From the NCBI GenBank assembly GCA_044356625.1, contig JBIKVX010000001.1:1-32820 (forward strand): a DNA stretch of 32,820 nt, in the 5' to 3' direction. Numbering within the stretch: position 1 is the stretch's first letter; each line of letters opens with the position of its first letter. The DNA is from Flavobacteriales bacterium. Its GTDB lineage: Bacteria; Bacteroidota; Bacteroidia; Flavobacteriales_D; Sanyastnellaceae. Below the pieces are notes generated by a model. That model was given only the letters and a program-made list of their open reading frames with translations, searched no databases and was not told where the DNA came from. A program made the translations under genes and the position numbers. Below, piece by piece: positions 24,681 through 31,863 of this stretch.

Positions 24681-25718
24681 TTAGTCTTCCAGGTGAATGG
24701 GGTAAATAATTTCATTCGCAGGAATGGACGAAGTGGTGCGTTTTCCAACCACCAAATTTCGTTGTGCCCATTTGAAACCGTCTCCTGGAGAGAGCATGCA
24801 CAAGTCTGATTCTTCAATAATTTTTCCAGCTGGAATTTCACGAACGGCAGCAATGCTTCTTTCCAATTTCAAGCGAGCGGAAGCAACAGAATCTTCAATC
24901 TTCATTTCCACTTCACCCAAAGACAATTCGAGTTCACGAATGTCGCGCACCATGCGTCGAATGCCTTCTGGGCCGAGGGATCCGCGCTGGTCGGTTCCCT
25001 TCAGATTACGATCAGTGGTGATGTGCTTTTCAATGATGGTAGCCCCCATAGCAACGGCGGCAACCGGAGTAAAAATTCCGAGCGTGTGATCGCTGAAACC
25101 AATGTTGTATTGAGGGTAGTTGTTTTGTAAAAAGCGAATGGTATTTAGATTTACATTCTTCGGCTGCGTGGGGTATTCCGAGGTGCAGTGAAGAATGCTA
25201 ATGTTTGAATGGTAATGCGAAATAATGTCTAACGCATGATCGAGCTCTTCCTTTCCGGCCATACCGGTAGAGAGAATGATCGGAATTTTCGTTTCCGCCA
25301 AAGCTCCCAATAGCGGGAGGTTCGTGAGGTCGCGACTTGCAACTTTCAGATAATCGGGGGTGATTCGTTTCAACAACGAAAGACATCCAGTTGCGCAAAG
25401 CGTTTCCACAAAATCTAATCCTTTCGATTTAGAATAATGAAACAATTCTTCATGTTGCTCGTCGTTCAATTCAAGAAATGCCCTGTGTTCACCGTAAGTG
25501 GCACCGAAGGAATGTGGACTGTTGTAGGGCGCATTCATTTGCGATTGACTGAGTTCTTCATTCAAGTCGCGCTTGGTGAGCTTCACCGCATTCATGGGTT
25601 TCAGTTCGAGCTGAAAATAATCTTCCACGACAGGAGCAGCTGCGAGGTCTATGATTTCCTTCGCCAGCTCTATTGAACCGTTGTGGTTTTGTCCTATTTC
25701 TCCGATTATGTAGGTCAC
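24681..25718 (-). CDS. NeuB-family nonulosonic acid (sialic acid / KDN-9-P type) synthase with C-terminal SAF domain
   Basis: YIIGEIGQNHNGS N-terminal motif, HCTSEYPTQPKNVNL, GFSDHTLG, EKHIT, and a C-terminal SAF-like domain. The track ORF extends to ATG 25835 inside repeat array B. I start at in-frame GTG 25718 (VTYIIGEIG...), by analogy with the short N-termini of NeuB enzymes. Confidence 0.85.
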   Translation of the reverse strand: MTYIIGEIGQNHNGSIELAKEIIDLAAAPVVEDYFQLELKPMNAVKLTKRDLNEELSQSQMNAPYNSPHSFGATYGEHRAFLELNDEQHEELFHYSKSKGLDFVETLCATGCLSLLKRITPDYLKVASRDLTNLPLLGALAETKIPIILSTGMAGKEELDHALDIISHYHSNISILHCTSEYPTQPKNVNLNTIRFLQNNYPQYNIGFSDHTLGIFTPVAAVAMGATIIEKHITTDRNLKGTDQRGSLGPEGIRRMVRDIRELELSLGEVEMKIEDSVASARLKLERSIAAVREIPAGKIIEESDLCMLSPGDGFKWAQRNLVVGKRTTSSIPANEIIYPIHLED

Positions 25719-25722
25719 TTTA

Positions 25723-25730
25723 CAAATATA
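25723..25730 (-). promoter_or_regulatory. Candidate -7 box TATATTTG abutting array B, 4 nt upstream of the GTG start of the NeuB-like gene
   Basis: The minus strand reads CACGCGAAGTG-TG-TATATTTG-TAAA-GTG. This is the same 8-mer that follows array A. Confidence 0.3.
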
Positions 25731-25732
25731 CA

Positions 25733-25898
25733 CACTTCGCGTGATGACCACTTCGTGGAATACACCTGCTGTGATGACCCTGCGGGATGACGCTTCGCGA
25801 TGACACTTCGTGACAACCATCCGCGAAGCGGTCATCGAACTTGTTCGTCATCGATTGTAAATCGTCATCACACGACGTCTGTCATCCTTCGAAGAAGG
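25733..25898. repeat. Mini-hairpin array B: 11 stem-loops with ATGA-type, then TCAT linkers; same family as array A
   Basis: The + strand parses as CACttcgcGTG ATGA CCACttcGTGG AATA CACctgctGTG ATGA CCCtgcGGG ATGA CGCttcGCG ATGA CACttcGTG ACAA ccatCCGCgaaGCGG TCAT CGAACttGTTCG TCAT CGATTgtaAATCG TCAT CACACgacGTCTG TCAT CCTTCgaaGAAGG. The array ends exactly at the TAA of the DUF2480-like gene (25899-25901). Confidence 0.85.
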
Positions 25899-26393
25899 TT
25901 AACGCTTATAAAGCGGGACAGTGGAGCAGGGCTCTCCGTACATGATGCGGTTGGCAGCGGGTTGAAGTTTTTGAGAGAGTTGTATATACACTTCCTCTGT
26001 TAATCGGAGTGAGGTGCAGCCCTTCACGACTACATTTTTATCTTGAAATTTCGAAAGATCTAATTGTTGAATAAATGAAAGCGCTCTGAGTGTGTCTAAA
26101 TTTTCTGGCGTTGAAAAATGACACTGGGCATTCACTTCGGAAAGTTTCAATGCCAATAGCATAAAGGCCCATACTGGTACAATGGCATCTACCGAACAGT
26201 AAATGGCTACAATTTTATTCTCGAAATTAGAGGTGTCTAATGCAGAAACAAATTCACGAAAGTCCTTTTCCTTCAGGGCAATTCCTTGCCACAATTGTGG
26301 AGCAATATCTATTGTCGAACCTGCAAACGCATCTACTTCTTCAGCTATATCCAGCGTAATGAGTTTACTATTTGCAACCTTGTTTTCAATCAT
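25899..26393 (-). CDS. DUF2480-like conserved Bacteroidota protein (function unknown)
   Basis: 164 aa. LITLDI...KEKDFREF...CSVDAIVPVWAFML...VVKGC...IMYGEPCSTVPLYKR matches my recollection of the DUF2480 family pattern. No search was run. Confidence 0.55.
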   Translation of the reverse strand: MIENKVANSKLITLDIAEEVDAFAGSTIDIAPQLWQGIALKEKDFREFVSALDTSNFENKIVAIYCSVDAIVPVWAFMLLALKLSEVNAQCHFSTPENLDTLRALSFIQQLDLSKFQDKNVVVKGCTSLRLTEEVYIQLSQKLQPAANRIMYGEPCSTVPLYKR

Positions 26394-26397
26394 GGTT

Positions 26398-26405
26398 CAA
26401 AAGTA
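26398..26405 (-). promoter_or_regulatory. Candidate -7 box TACTTTTG, 4 nt upstream of the DUF2480-like ATG
   Basis: The minus strand reads TACTTTTG-AACC-ATG, an exact TAnnTTTG match. Confidence 0.3.
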
Positions 26406-26497
26406 CTTGATTCTGGTGAAAGATGTTTCACAAGATTCTGCGAAAGCTCTTGCGAAGCACCTTCGGAACGACCTTGCTCCGCATCTTGAAACAAATC

Positions 26498-27178
26498 TTA
26501 ATTCGCGTATCTCTCACTCACAAAATTCCAATTCACAACCGTGAAAATGGCAGTTAGATAATCTGCGCGTTTGTTCTGATATTTCAAGTAATACGCGTGT
26601 TCCCAAACGTCTATTCCGAAAATGGGCGTGCCGGGCTTTTCAACCACTTTCACCATTAACGGATTGTCTTGATTCGGAGTTGAGGTCACGAAAAGAATTC
26701 CCTTCGTGTCTTTGCACAACCACACCCATCCGCTGCCGAAACGTGCTTTGCCTTCGTCGGTCATGAGTTTTTTCAAATTTTCCATGCTTCCGAAATCGCG
26801 CTGAATGGCTGCCGACAATTCTTTACTCGGCGCTCCTGCTGTGCTCGGCGCTGCCATGCAATTCCAGAAAAAACTGTGGTTGAAATGTCCTCCGCCGTTG
26901 TTGCGAATGGCCATATCCTTCGGTTCAATAGCCGCGCACAATTCTTCAATGTTCAACTTCGCATATTTTTGATTAACCTCAACCTTCATAGCGGCATTCA
27001 AATTCGTTACATACGCCAAGTGATGTTTGTCGTGATGAATATGCATAGTCTCGGCATCAATAGCAGGTTCCAAAGCCTCGAAGGCGTATGGTAATTCTGG
27101 GACAGTCCATTCCTGTGCAAAAACAGAAACTCCAGCGAAAAGAAATACACCCACAAGCAACAAATTCTTCATAGTCAT
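26498..27178 (-). CDS. sod: Fe/Mn superoxide dismutase with N-terminal signal peptide
   Basis: LPELPYAFEALEPAIDAETMHIHHDKHH and GIDVWEHAYYLKYQNKRADY. Signal-like MTMKNLLLVGVFLFAGVSVFAQ; start taken at ATG 27178 rather than track TTG 27196. Confidence 0.9.
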   Translation of the reverse strand: MTMKNLLLVGVFLFAGVSVFAQEWTVPELPYAFEALEPAIDAETMHIHHDKHHLAYVTNLNAAMKVEVNQKYAKLNIEELCAAIEPKDMAIRNNGGGHFNHSFFWNCMAAPSTAGAPSKELSAAIQRDFGSMENLKKLMTDEGKARFGSGWVWLCKDTKGILFVTSTPNQDNPLMVKVVEKPGTPIFGIDVWEHAYYLKYQNKRADYLTAIFTVVNWNFVSERYAN

Positions 27179-27203
27179 CGTTATTGTTTCATTCAAACAA
27201 CCA

Positions 27204-27223
27204 GTTGTGAGTTACTTCACAAC
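27204..27223. promoter_or_regulatory. Perfect palindrome GTTGTGA-GTTACT-TCACAAC (CRP/FNR-family type TGTGA-N6-TCACA operator) in the sod leader / divergent promoter gap
   Basis: 7-bp arms with a 6-bp spacer, read directly. It lies just downstream of the minus-strand TACTTTTG box (27231-27238) and about 26 nt upstream of the sod ATG. Confidence 0.5.
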
Positions 27224-27230
27224 TACCTAC

Positions 27231-27238
27231 CAAAAGTA
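27231..27238 (-). promoter_or_regulatory. Candidate -7 box TACTTTTG for sod
   Basis: Exact TAnnTTTG on the minus strand. A near-mirror TACTTTTA (27253-27260, + strand) precedes the AsmA-like gene. Confidence 0.4.
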
Positions 27239-27268
27239 GTCCATACACAGCCTACTTTTAAATTAAGA

Positions 27269-29968
27269 ATGGAAGAAATAATAGAAAACAAAGAAGAGTC
27301 AGTTATTAAAGAAAAAAAGCCGATTTCAAAGCGCAGAAAATGGGTTAAGCGCATTGTGATTACTTTCTTTTCCTTGGTGCTCCTTTTATTTTCTTCAGTA
27401 ATTATTGCGGTTACGGTATACGAAGACGAAATTGTTACCTACGCACTGCAGGCACTGCAGGAAAATATAAAAACAAAGTCTAGTATTCGTGAGGCAGATC
27501 TCACTCTTTGGAACAACTTCCCTTCTGTATCTATTCGTTTTAAAGATATTTATGTCGAGGAGAATTCCGAAAATCACGATACACTTTTATTTGCGAAAGA
27601 ACTTTATTTGTCTTTTGATATTATCGATCTATTCAGCGGGAAATACAACATTGATGAAATTGAAGCCAAGGACGGGTCTTTCAATATGCGAGTTGACAAG
27701 AAAGGTCAGATGAACTGGGACGTTTGGAGGGCCGACACTACGTCTGGGGAAAATGAAAAATTCAAAATTCATTTAGAAGATATTGTTGGTGAGAATATTT
27801 CATATCTCTACGAAGATGAAAAAGAAAAAACGTTTATTGATGTAAAATTGAAAGAGCTTCATGCTTCCGGAAATTTCAATGAAAAACAATTTCTTCTCGA
27901 CATTGAAACAAAAGCTTTCATGAATGTTCTTTATGCCGGAGAGACTGAAATGCTTCGCAATAGGAACTTTGGAATCGAATCAAAAATGCAAGTGAATCTC
28001 GAAAACAATACTTTCCTAATTCAAACCGCAGAATTGATGTTGGAAGAGGTGCCCTTAGAGGTAAAAGGAAGCATCGACTATGGAGAACATCCAAGCATTG
28101 ATTTGCACATCGCTGAAACAGAGCTTGAGCTAAAAGAAGGTATTTTGTTACTTCCAAAAACCATGCAGGTGCAGTTGAAGCCATACGCTCCGTCTGGGAA
28201 AGTAAATTTCAATTTCGATATGAACGGGCCTTTCGAGAATCTTTCTATTTCATCCAAATTCTCTGTCTCTAACGGAGAATTAGTTGAAATTAACTCTGGC
28301 GTGGATTTACATTCCATTGAGCTCGATGCGAATTATATTTTGAAGGACGGAACAGACAGTGTAACAATTGGTAATTTTCAATCTATACTTGGCATAGGAA
28401 CGCTCGGAGCAAAGGGAAGTATTCGGAATTTGAGTGACCCTGTTCTCAACCTAACAGTAAATGCAGAAACAAATTTGAACGCATTGAAAGGTTTTTTCGG
28501 TTGGGATTCGCTTGCTGTTTGTGACGGACAAGTTTCTGCGAAATCAATTATTCGAGGAAAGATAGATTTTCAAGAAGCTGACAGCACCTTCGATTGGTCA
28601 AAACTGCATTTGAATGGAAGGGCGCAGGTTACAGAAGGAAGCTTTCAATGGGCCGCTTCGAATGGTTTGTTCAAAAACATAAACGGAGTTTTTTTATTGA
28701 ACGGGTCTGATGCCCGAGTTGAAGAGTTGAACTTCAATCTAAACGATAACAACTGTAGTTTTTCAGGAGATTTTTATTCTGTCATTCCCTACTTAACCAC
28801 AGACAGTTCAGCGTTGAGCATTAATGCGAATTTGTATTCGAATAAGCTCGATCTTGAAAAACTTCTAACCGCAGCCGGAGACACCGACAGCGATATGCAG
28901 CTTTCTCTTCCCTCTTCCATTCAAATTCACTTAACAGCGCAGATCGATGAATTCTTATTCAAATCGTTCTACGCTTCCAAAATAAATGGAACAGTAGATT
29001 ACGCAAATGGCATTCTTCAGATTTCTCCTCTTCAACTCAATTTAGCTAACGGCAATCTGGAGGCCAATTTCAGTTTATCCCCTTCGAACAGCGGAGAATT
29101 CGCATTAACATGCCAAGGAGCCATGAGTAATCTTGACATTCAGCAGGCATTCGTGCTGTTCGATAATTTCGGTCAATCCTACCTGACACAAAACAACCTA
29201 AAAGGAAATGCCACTGTTCTAGTCGATTTTCAAACAACGTTGAGCGCAGACTTATCTGTGCTTCCCAATACCATAAAATCAGACTTGCAAGTGAACATTG
29301 AAAACGGAGAACTGAACGATGTTTCTTCGTTTCAATACATGATTACTTACATCAAAGGAAACAAGTGGATTGCGCCGCTTGTGAAAGAAGATGACTTCGC
29401 GGAAAAGCTTCGACACATTAAATTCTCTACGTTACAAAATTCAATTCATATAGAGAATTCTATCATCACCTTCCCGCTAATGGACATTGAATCGAGCGCC
29501 ATGTCTATTACCATGGAGGGCACTCACAGCTTCGACAATGTGTTGGATTATCGCATCGGCTTCGATTTAAAGGAAGTGTTGTTGAACGCTTCGAGCACTG
29601 CGGGTGATAAGAGCGGAAGGCAAATTTATTTGTATATGCGTGGGCCGTTTGATAATCTAGAATTCGGTTTAGATAAAGATGCCTTACGCAGCGAACGAGT
29701 AAGTGCTAAATTGGTTCAAAAAGAAAAATTAAATAGGATTTTCAACAATGCTTTCAGCCGAAGGAAAGAACGAGACATCCCGCGCGAGCCTTTATTTCCT
29801 GGGCTTCGAAATGATAAACCGAATGAACCTTCGGTTCCTAAACCTCCTATTCAAGAGCGTATTGCACCTTATATAAAAGATAATGTTACGCCAGAAGCTA
29901 AGGCTGCAAAAGAGAAGAAAACTCCGAAATGGCTTAAAGAAAAACAAGAATACGAAGTAGAGGAATGA
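27269..29968 (+). CDS. AsmA-family large envelope protein (N-terminal membrane anchor)
   Basis: 899 aa. N-terminal TM segment IVITFFSLVLLLFSSVIIAV, then a long beta-rich repetitive body and a basic/Pro-rich C-terminal tail. The AsmA-like call rests on size, topology and composition. Confidence 0.65.
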   Translation: MEEIIENKEESVIKEKKPISKRRKWVKRIVITFFSLVLLLFSSVIIAVTVYEDEIVTYALQALQENIKTKSSIREADLTLWNNFPSVSIRFKDIYVEENSENHDTLLFAKELYLSFDIIDLFSGKYNIDEIEAKDGSFNMRVDKKGQMNWDVWRADTTSGENEKFKIHLEDIVGENISYLYEDEKEKTFIDVKLKELHASGNFNEKQFLLDIETKAFMNVLYAGETEMLRNRNFGIESKMQVNLENNTFLIQTAELMLEEVPLEVKGSIDYGEHPSIDLHIAETELELKEGILLLPKTMQVQLKPYAPSGKVNFNFDMNGPFENLSISSKFSVSNGELVEINSGVDLHSIELDANYILKDGTDSVTIGNFQSILGIGTLGAKGSIRNLSDPVLNLTVNAETNLNALKGFFGWDSLAVCDGQVSAKSIIRGKIDFQEADSTFDWSKLHLNGRAQVTEGSFQWAASNGLFKNINGVFLLNGSDARVEELNFNLNDNNCSFSGDFYSVIPYLTTDSSALSINANLYSNKLDLEKLLTAAGDTDSDMQLSLPSSIQIHLTAQIDEFLFKSFYASKINGTVDYANGILQISPLQLNLANGNLEANFSLSPSNSGEFALTCQGAMSNLDIQQAFVLFDNFGQSYLTQNNLKGNATVLVDFQTTLSADLSVLPNTIKSDLQVNIENGELNDVSSFQYMITYIKGNKWIAPLVKEDDFAEKLRHIKFSTLQNSIHIENSIITFPLMDIESSAMSITMEGTHSFDNVLDYRIGFDLKEVLLNASSTAGDKSGRQIYLYMRGPFDNLEFGLDKDALRSERVSAKLVQKEKLNRIFNNAFSRRKERDIPREPLFPGLRNDKPNEPSVPKPPIQERIAPYIKDNVTPEAKAAKEKKTPKWLKEKQEYEVEE

Positions 29969-31299
29969 TGTTACCCGAGGCCTTTGTTAAAAGATTAAAA
30001 ACGCAATTTCCAGATCAATGGGAACTGATGATTCCGGCCTACGAGCGTGCGATTCAAACCTCCGTATTGAGGCATCCAACCAAATTTAAACACACTTCCA
30101 TTCTTGGAGAAATAGTTCCATGGAACTCATTAGGATTGCTGTTGAAGGAACGTCCAAAATTTACTTTCGATCCGCATTATCACGCCGGAGCGTATTATTC
30201 GCAGGAAGCGAATTCGATGCTCATCGGACATTTGTTTCAACAAGCCATTCAATACATTGAGACTCCTGCGGTGCTTGATCTTTGCGCAGCGCCTGGGGGA
30301 AAGAGCTTGATTTACGCCACACTACTCGGAGAAAAAGGCGTGTTAGTTTCGAACGAAGTTATATCCCAACGATTGAGCATACTTCGTGAAAACCTTGATA
30401 AATGGGGCATTCCCAATGTCTTCACGTTGGGAATGTATCCGAATAAAATTCCATTCACCCATTGCTTCGATGTGGTAGCCGTGGATGCGCCGTGCAGCGG
30501 AGAAGGGTTGTTTCGCAAACAAATTGATTACCGCGGTGAGTGGAAAGAATCATTCGCTCACACCTGCGCGGTGCGTCAGCTTGAAATATTAGAAGAAGCT
30601 GTTCGACTTCTAAAACCAGGCGGATACTTATTGTATTCCACCTGCACCTTCGCTCCAGAAGAAAATGAAGATATCATTTCCTACTTAACCGAAACATTTC
30701 ACCTTGAGAACATTCCGGTTGAAATGAAGAAGGAGTGGAACGTTGATGTTGTGAAATGTTCGTCTGGCGAGGGTTACAGAATGCTTCCACACAACACACC
30801 TGGAGAAGGATTCTTTTGCACACTCTTGAAAAAACCGGAAGGTCATACTGAAAAAATTCGCTTCAAACCGAATTCGAAAATTGTCCCACTAACAGTGAAA
30901 GAACGCAGCACCGCGAATGCCTTTATTCGCGAAGATGTTGCGCTCGTTAAAAACGAAAAGGGATTGGTTTTCCTCGATACCCTTCAACATACATTCAAAG
31001 AAATTTGGCGCGCCTTGCTTCCCAATGCGAACGCAGGAACGCTCGTTGGTGAATTCATGAAAGATAAATTCATTCCCGGTCAAGGCATCGCCAACACAGG
31101 CATTGAGTCGGGTGACGTAAGAAAATTAGAGCTGTCATACGACGATGTGATACGCTATTTGAAGAAGGAAGTGATTCAGGTGGAGGCCGAAGCGGGCTTC
31201 GTTGTACTCACCTTCGAACAACAAAATATAGGATGGGGTAAAGTGGTTGGTACCCGCTTGAACAATAACTATCCGAATGAATGGAGAATTCGTTCTTAA
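29965..31299 (+). CDS. RsmF/RsmB-like (NOL1/NOP2/Sun family) rRNA cytosine-C5 methyltransferase
   Basis: DLCAAPGGKS (SAM motif I), DAPCSGEGLFRK (motif IV Pro-Cys), LLYSTCTF (motif VI Thr-Cys). ATGA overlap with the upstream gene. Confidence 0.85.
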   Translation: MMLPEAFVKRLKTQFPDQWELMIPAYERAIQTSVLRHPTKFKHTSILGEIVPWNSLGLLLKERPKFTFDPHYHAGAYYSQEANSMLIGHLFQQAIQYIETPAVLDLCAAPGGKSLIYATLLGEKGVLVSNEVISQRLSILRENLDKWGIPNVFTLGMYPNKIPFTHCFDVVAVDAPCSGEGLFRKQIDYRGEWKESFAHTCAVRQLEILEEAVRLLKPGGYLLYSTCTFAPEENEDIISYLTETFHLENIPVEMKKEWNVDVVKCSSGEGYRMLPHNTPGEGFFCTLLKKPEGHTEKIRFKPNSKIVPLTVKERSTANAFIREDVALVKNEKGLVFLDTLQHTFKEIWRALLPNANAGTLVGEFMKDKFIPGQGIANTGIESGDVRKLELSYDDVIRYLKKEVIQVEAEAGFVVLTFEQQNIGWGKVVGTRLNNNYPNEWRIRS

Positions 31300-31799
31300 A
31301 CTATTTTTTCTGGTATTTTCTTATCGAAATCTTCAATGGCAGGAATGACTGTCTTTGAAAAATCATTCACGGGTTCGTAAACAATGGAAGCGTCTTTTTG
31401 AGACTGCGGTATCATGTGGAACTTGTCATCTAGGGCATGCAGCATGACAAACAGCGAACTTGTACCGAGTAAATATTTCGCCAATGAAAACGTAGCCCCT
31501 AGCGCCTTATTCCATTTCTGACCTCCTCCCTTGATATTCTTTGAAATGAGTTTTCCCAAGAAGTACATTCCAATAACCACCACTATGAAAATCCCTAAAA
31601 ACACAGCAACACGGGTACTTGTTGATTCATCAGTTGCACCAACCATCTTCGCTACAGGTTCAGATAAATAGACTGCTGCATATATTCCCACAAAGAAGGC
31701 TAAGAATGAAAACAGTTCTGAAACAAACCCGTTCATCCAGCCACGCCAGATTGCCCAACCTAAAATGAGCACTAGGATAATATCGAGATAGCTAACCAC
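31296..31799 (-). CDS. cvpA: CvpA-family membrane protein
   Basis: 167 aa. N-terminus YLDIILVLILGWAIWRGWMNGFV is typical of CvpA, with 4 TM segments. GTG start. Confidence 0.75.
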   Translation of the reverse strand: MVSYLDIILVLILGWAIWRGWMNGFVSELFSFLAFFVGIYAAVYLSEPVAKMVGATDESTSTRVAVFLGIFIVVVIGMYFLGKLISKNIKGGGQKWNKALGATFSLAKYLLGTSSLFVMLHALDDKFHMIPQSQKDASIVYEPVNDFSKTVIPAIEDFDKKIPEKIV

Positions 31800-31863
31800 C
31801 TTTCGAAGCTAAATCAATTTTTAGGACATTACCTTTTTCAATACACTACTTTTTCACTTTACA

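Noticed and set aside
25719-25835. N-terminal 39-residue extension of the NeuB-like ORF (track start ATG 25835)
   Set aside because: The extension is encoded entirely by repeat array B, and the ATG is one of its ATGA linkers. NeuB-family proteins begin a few residues before the IxEIGxNHxG motif, and the in-frame GTG 25718 fits that.
25903-25915. Hairpin CGCTT-ATA-AAGCG next to array B as a twelfth unit
   Set aside because: It lies inside the last codons (PLYKR) of the DUF2480-like gene and lacks the TCAT linker. It is probably a coincidence of coding sequence.
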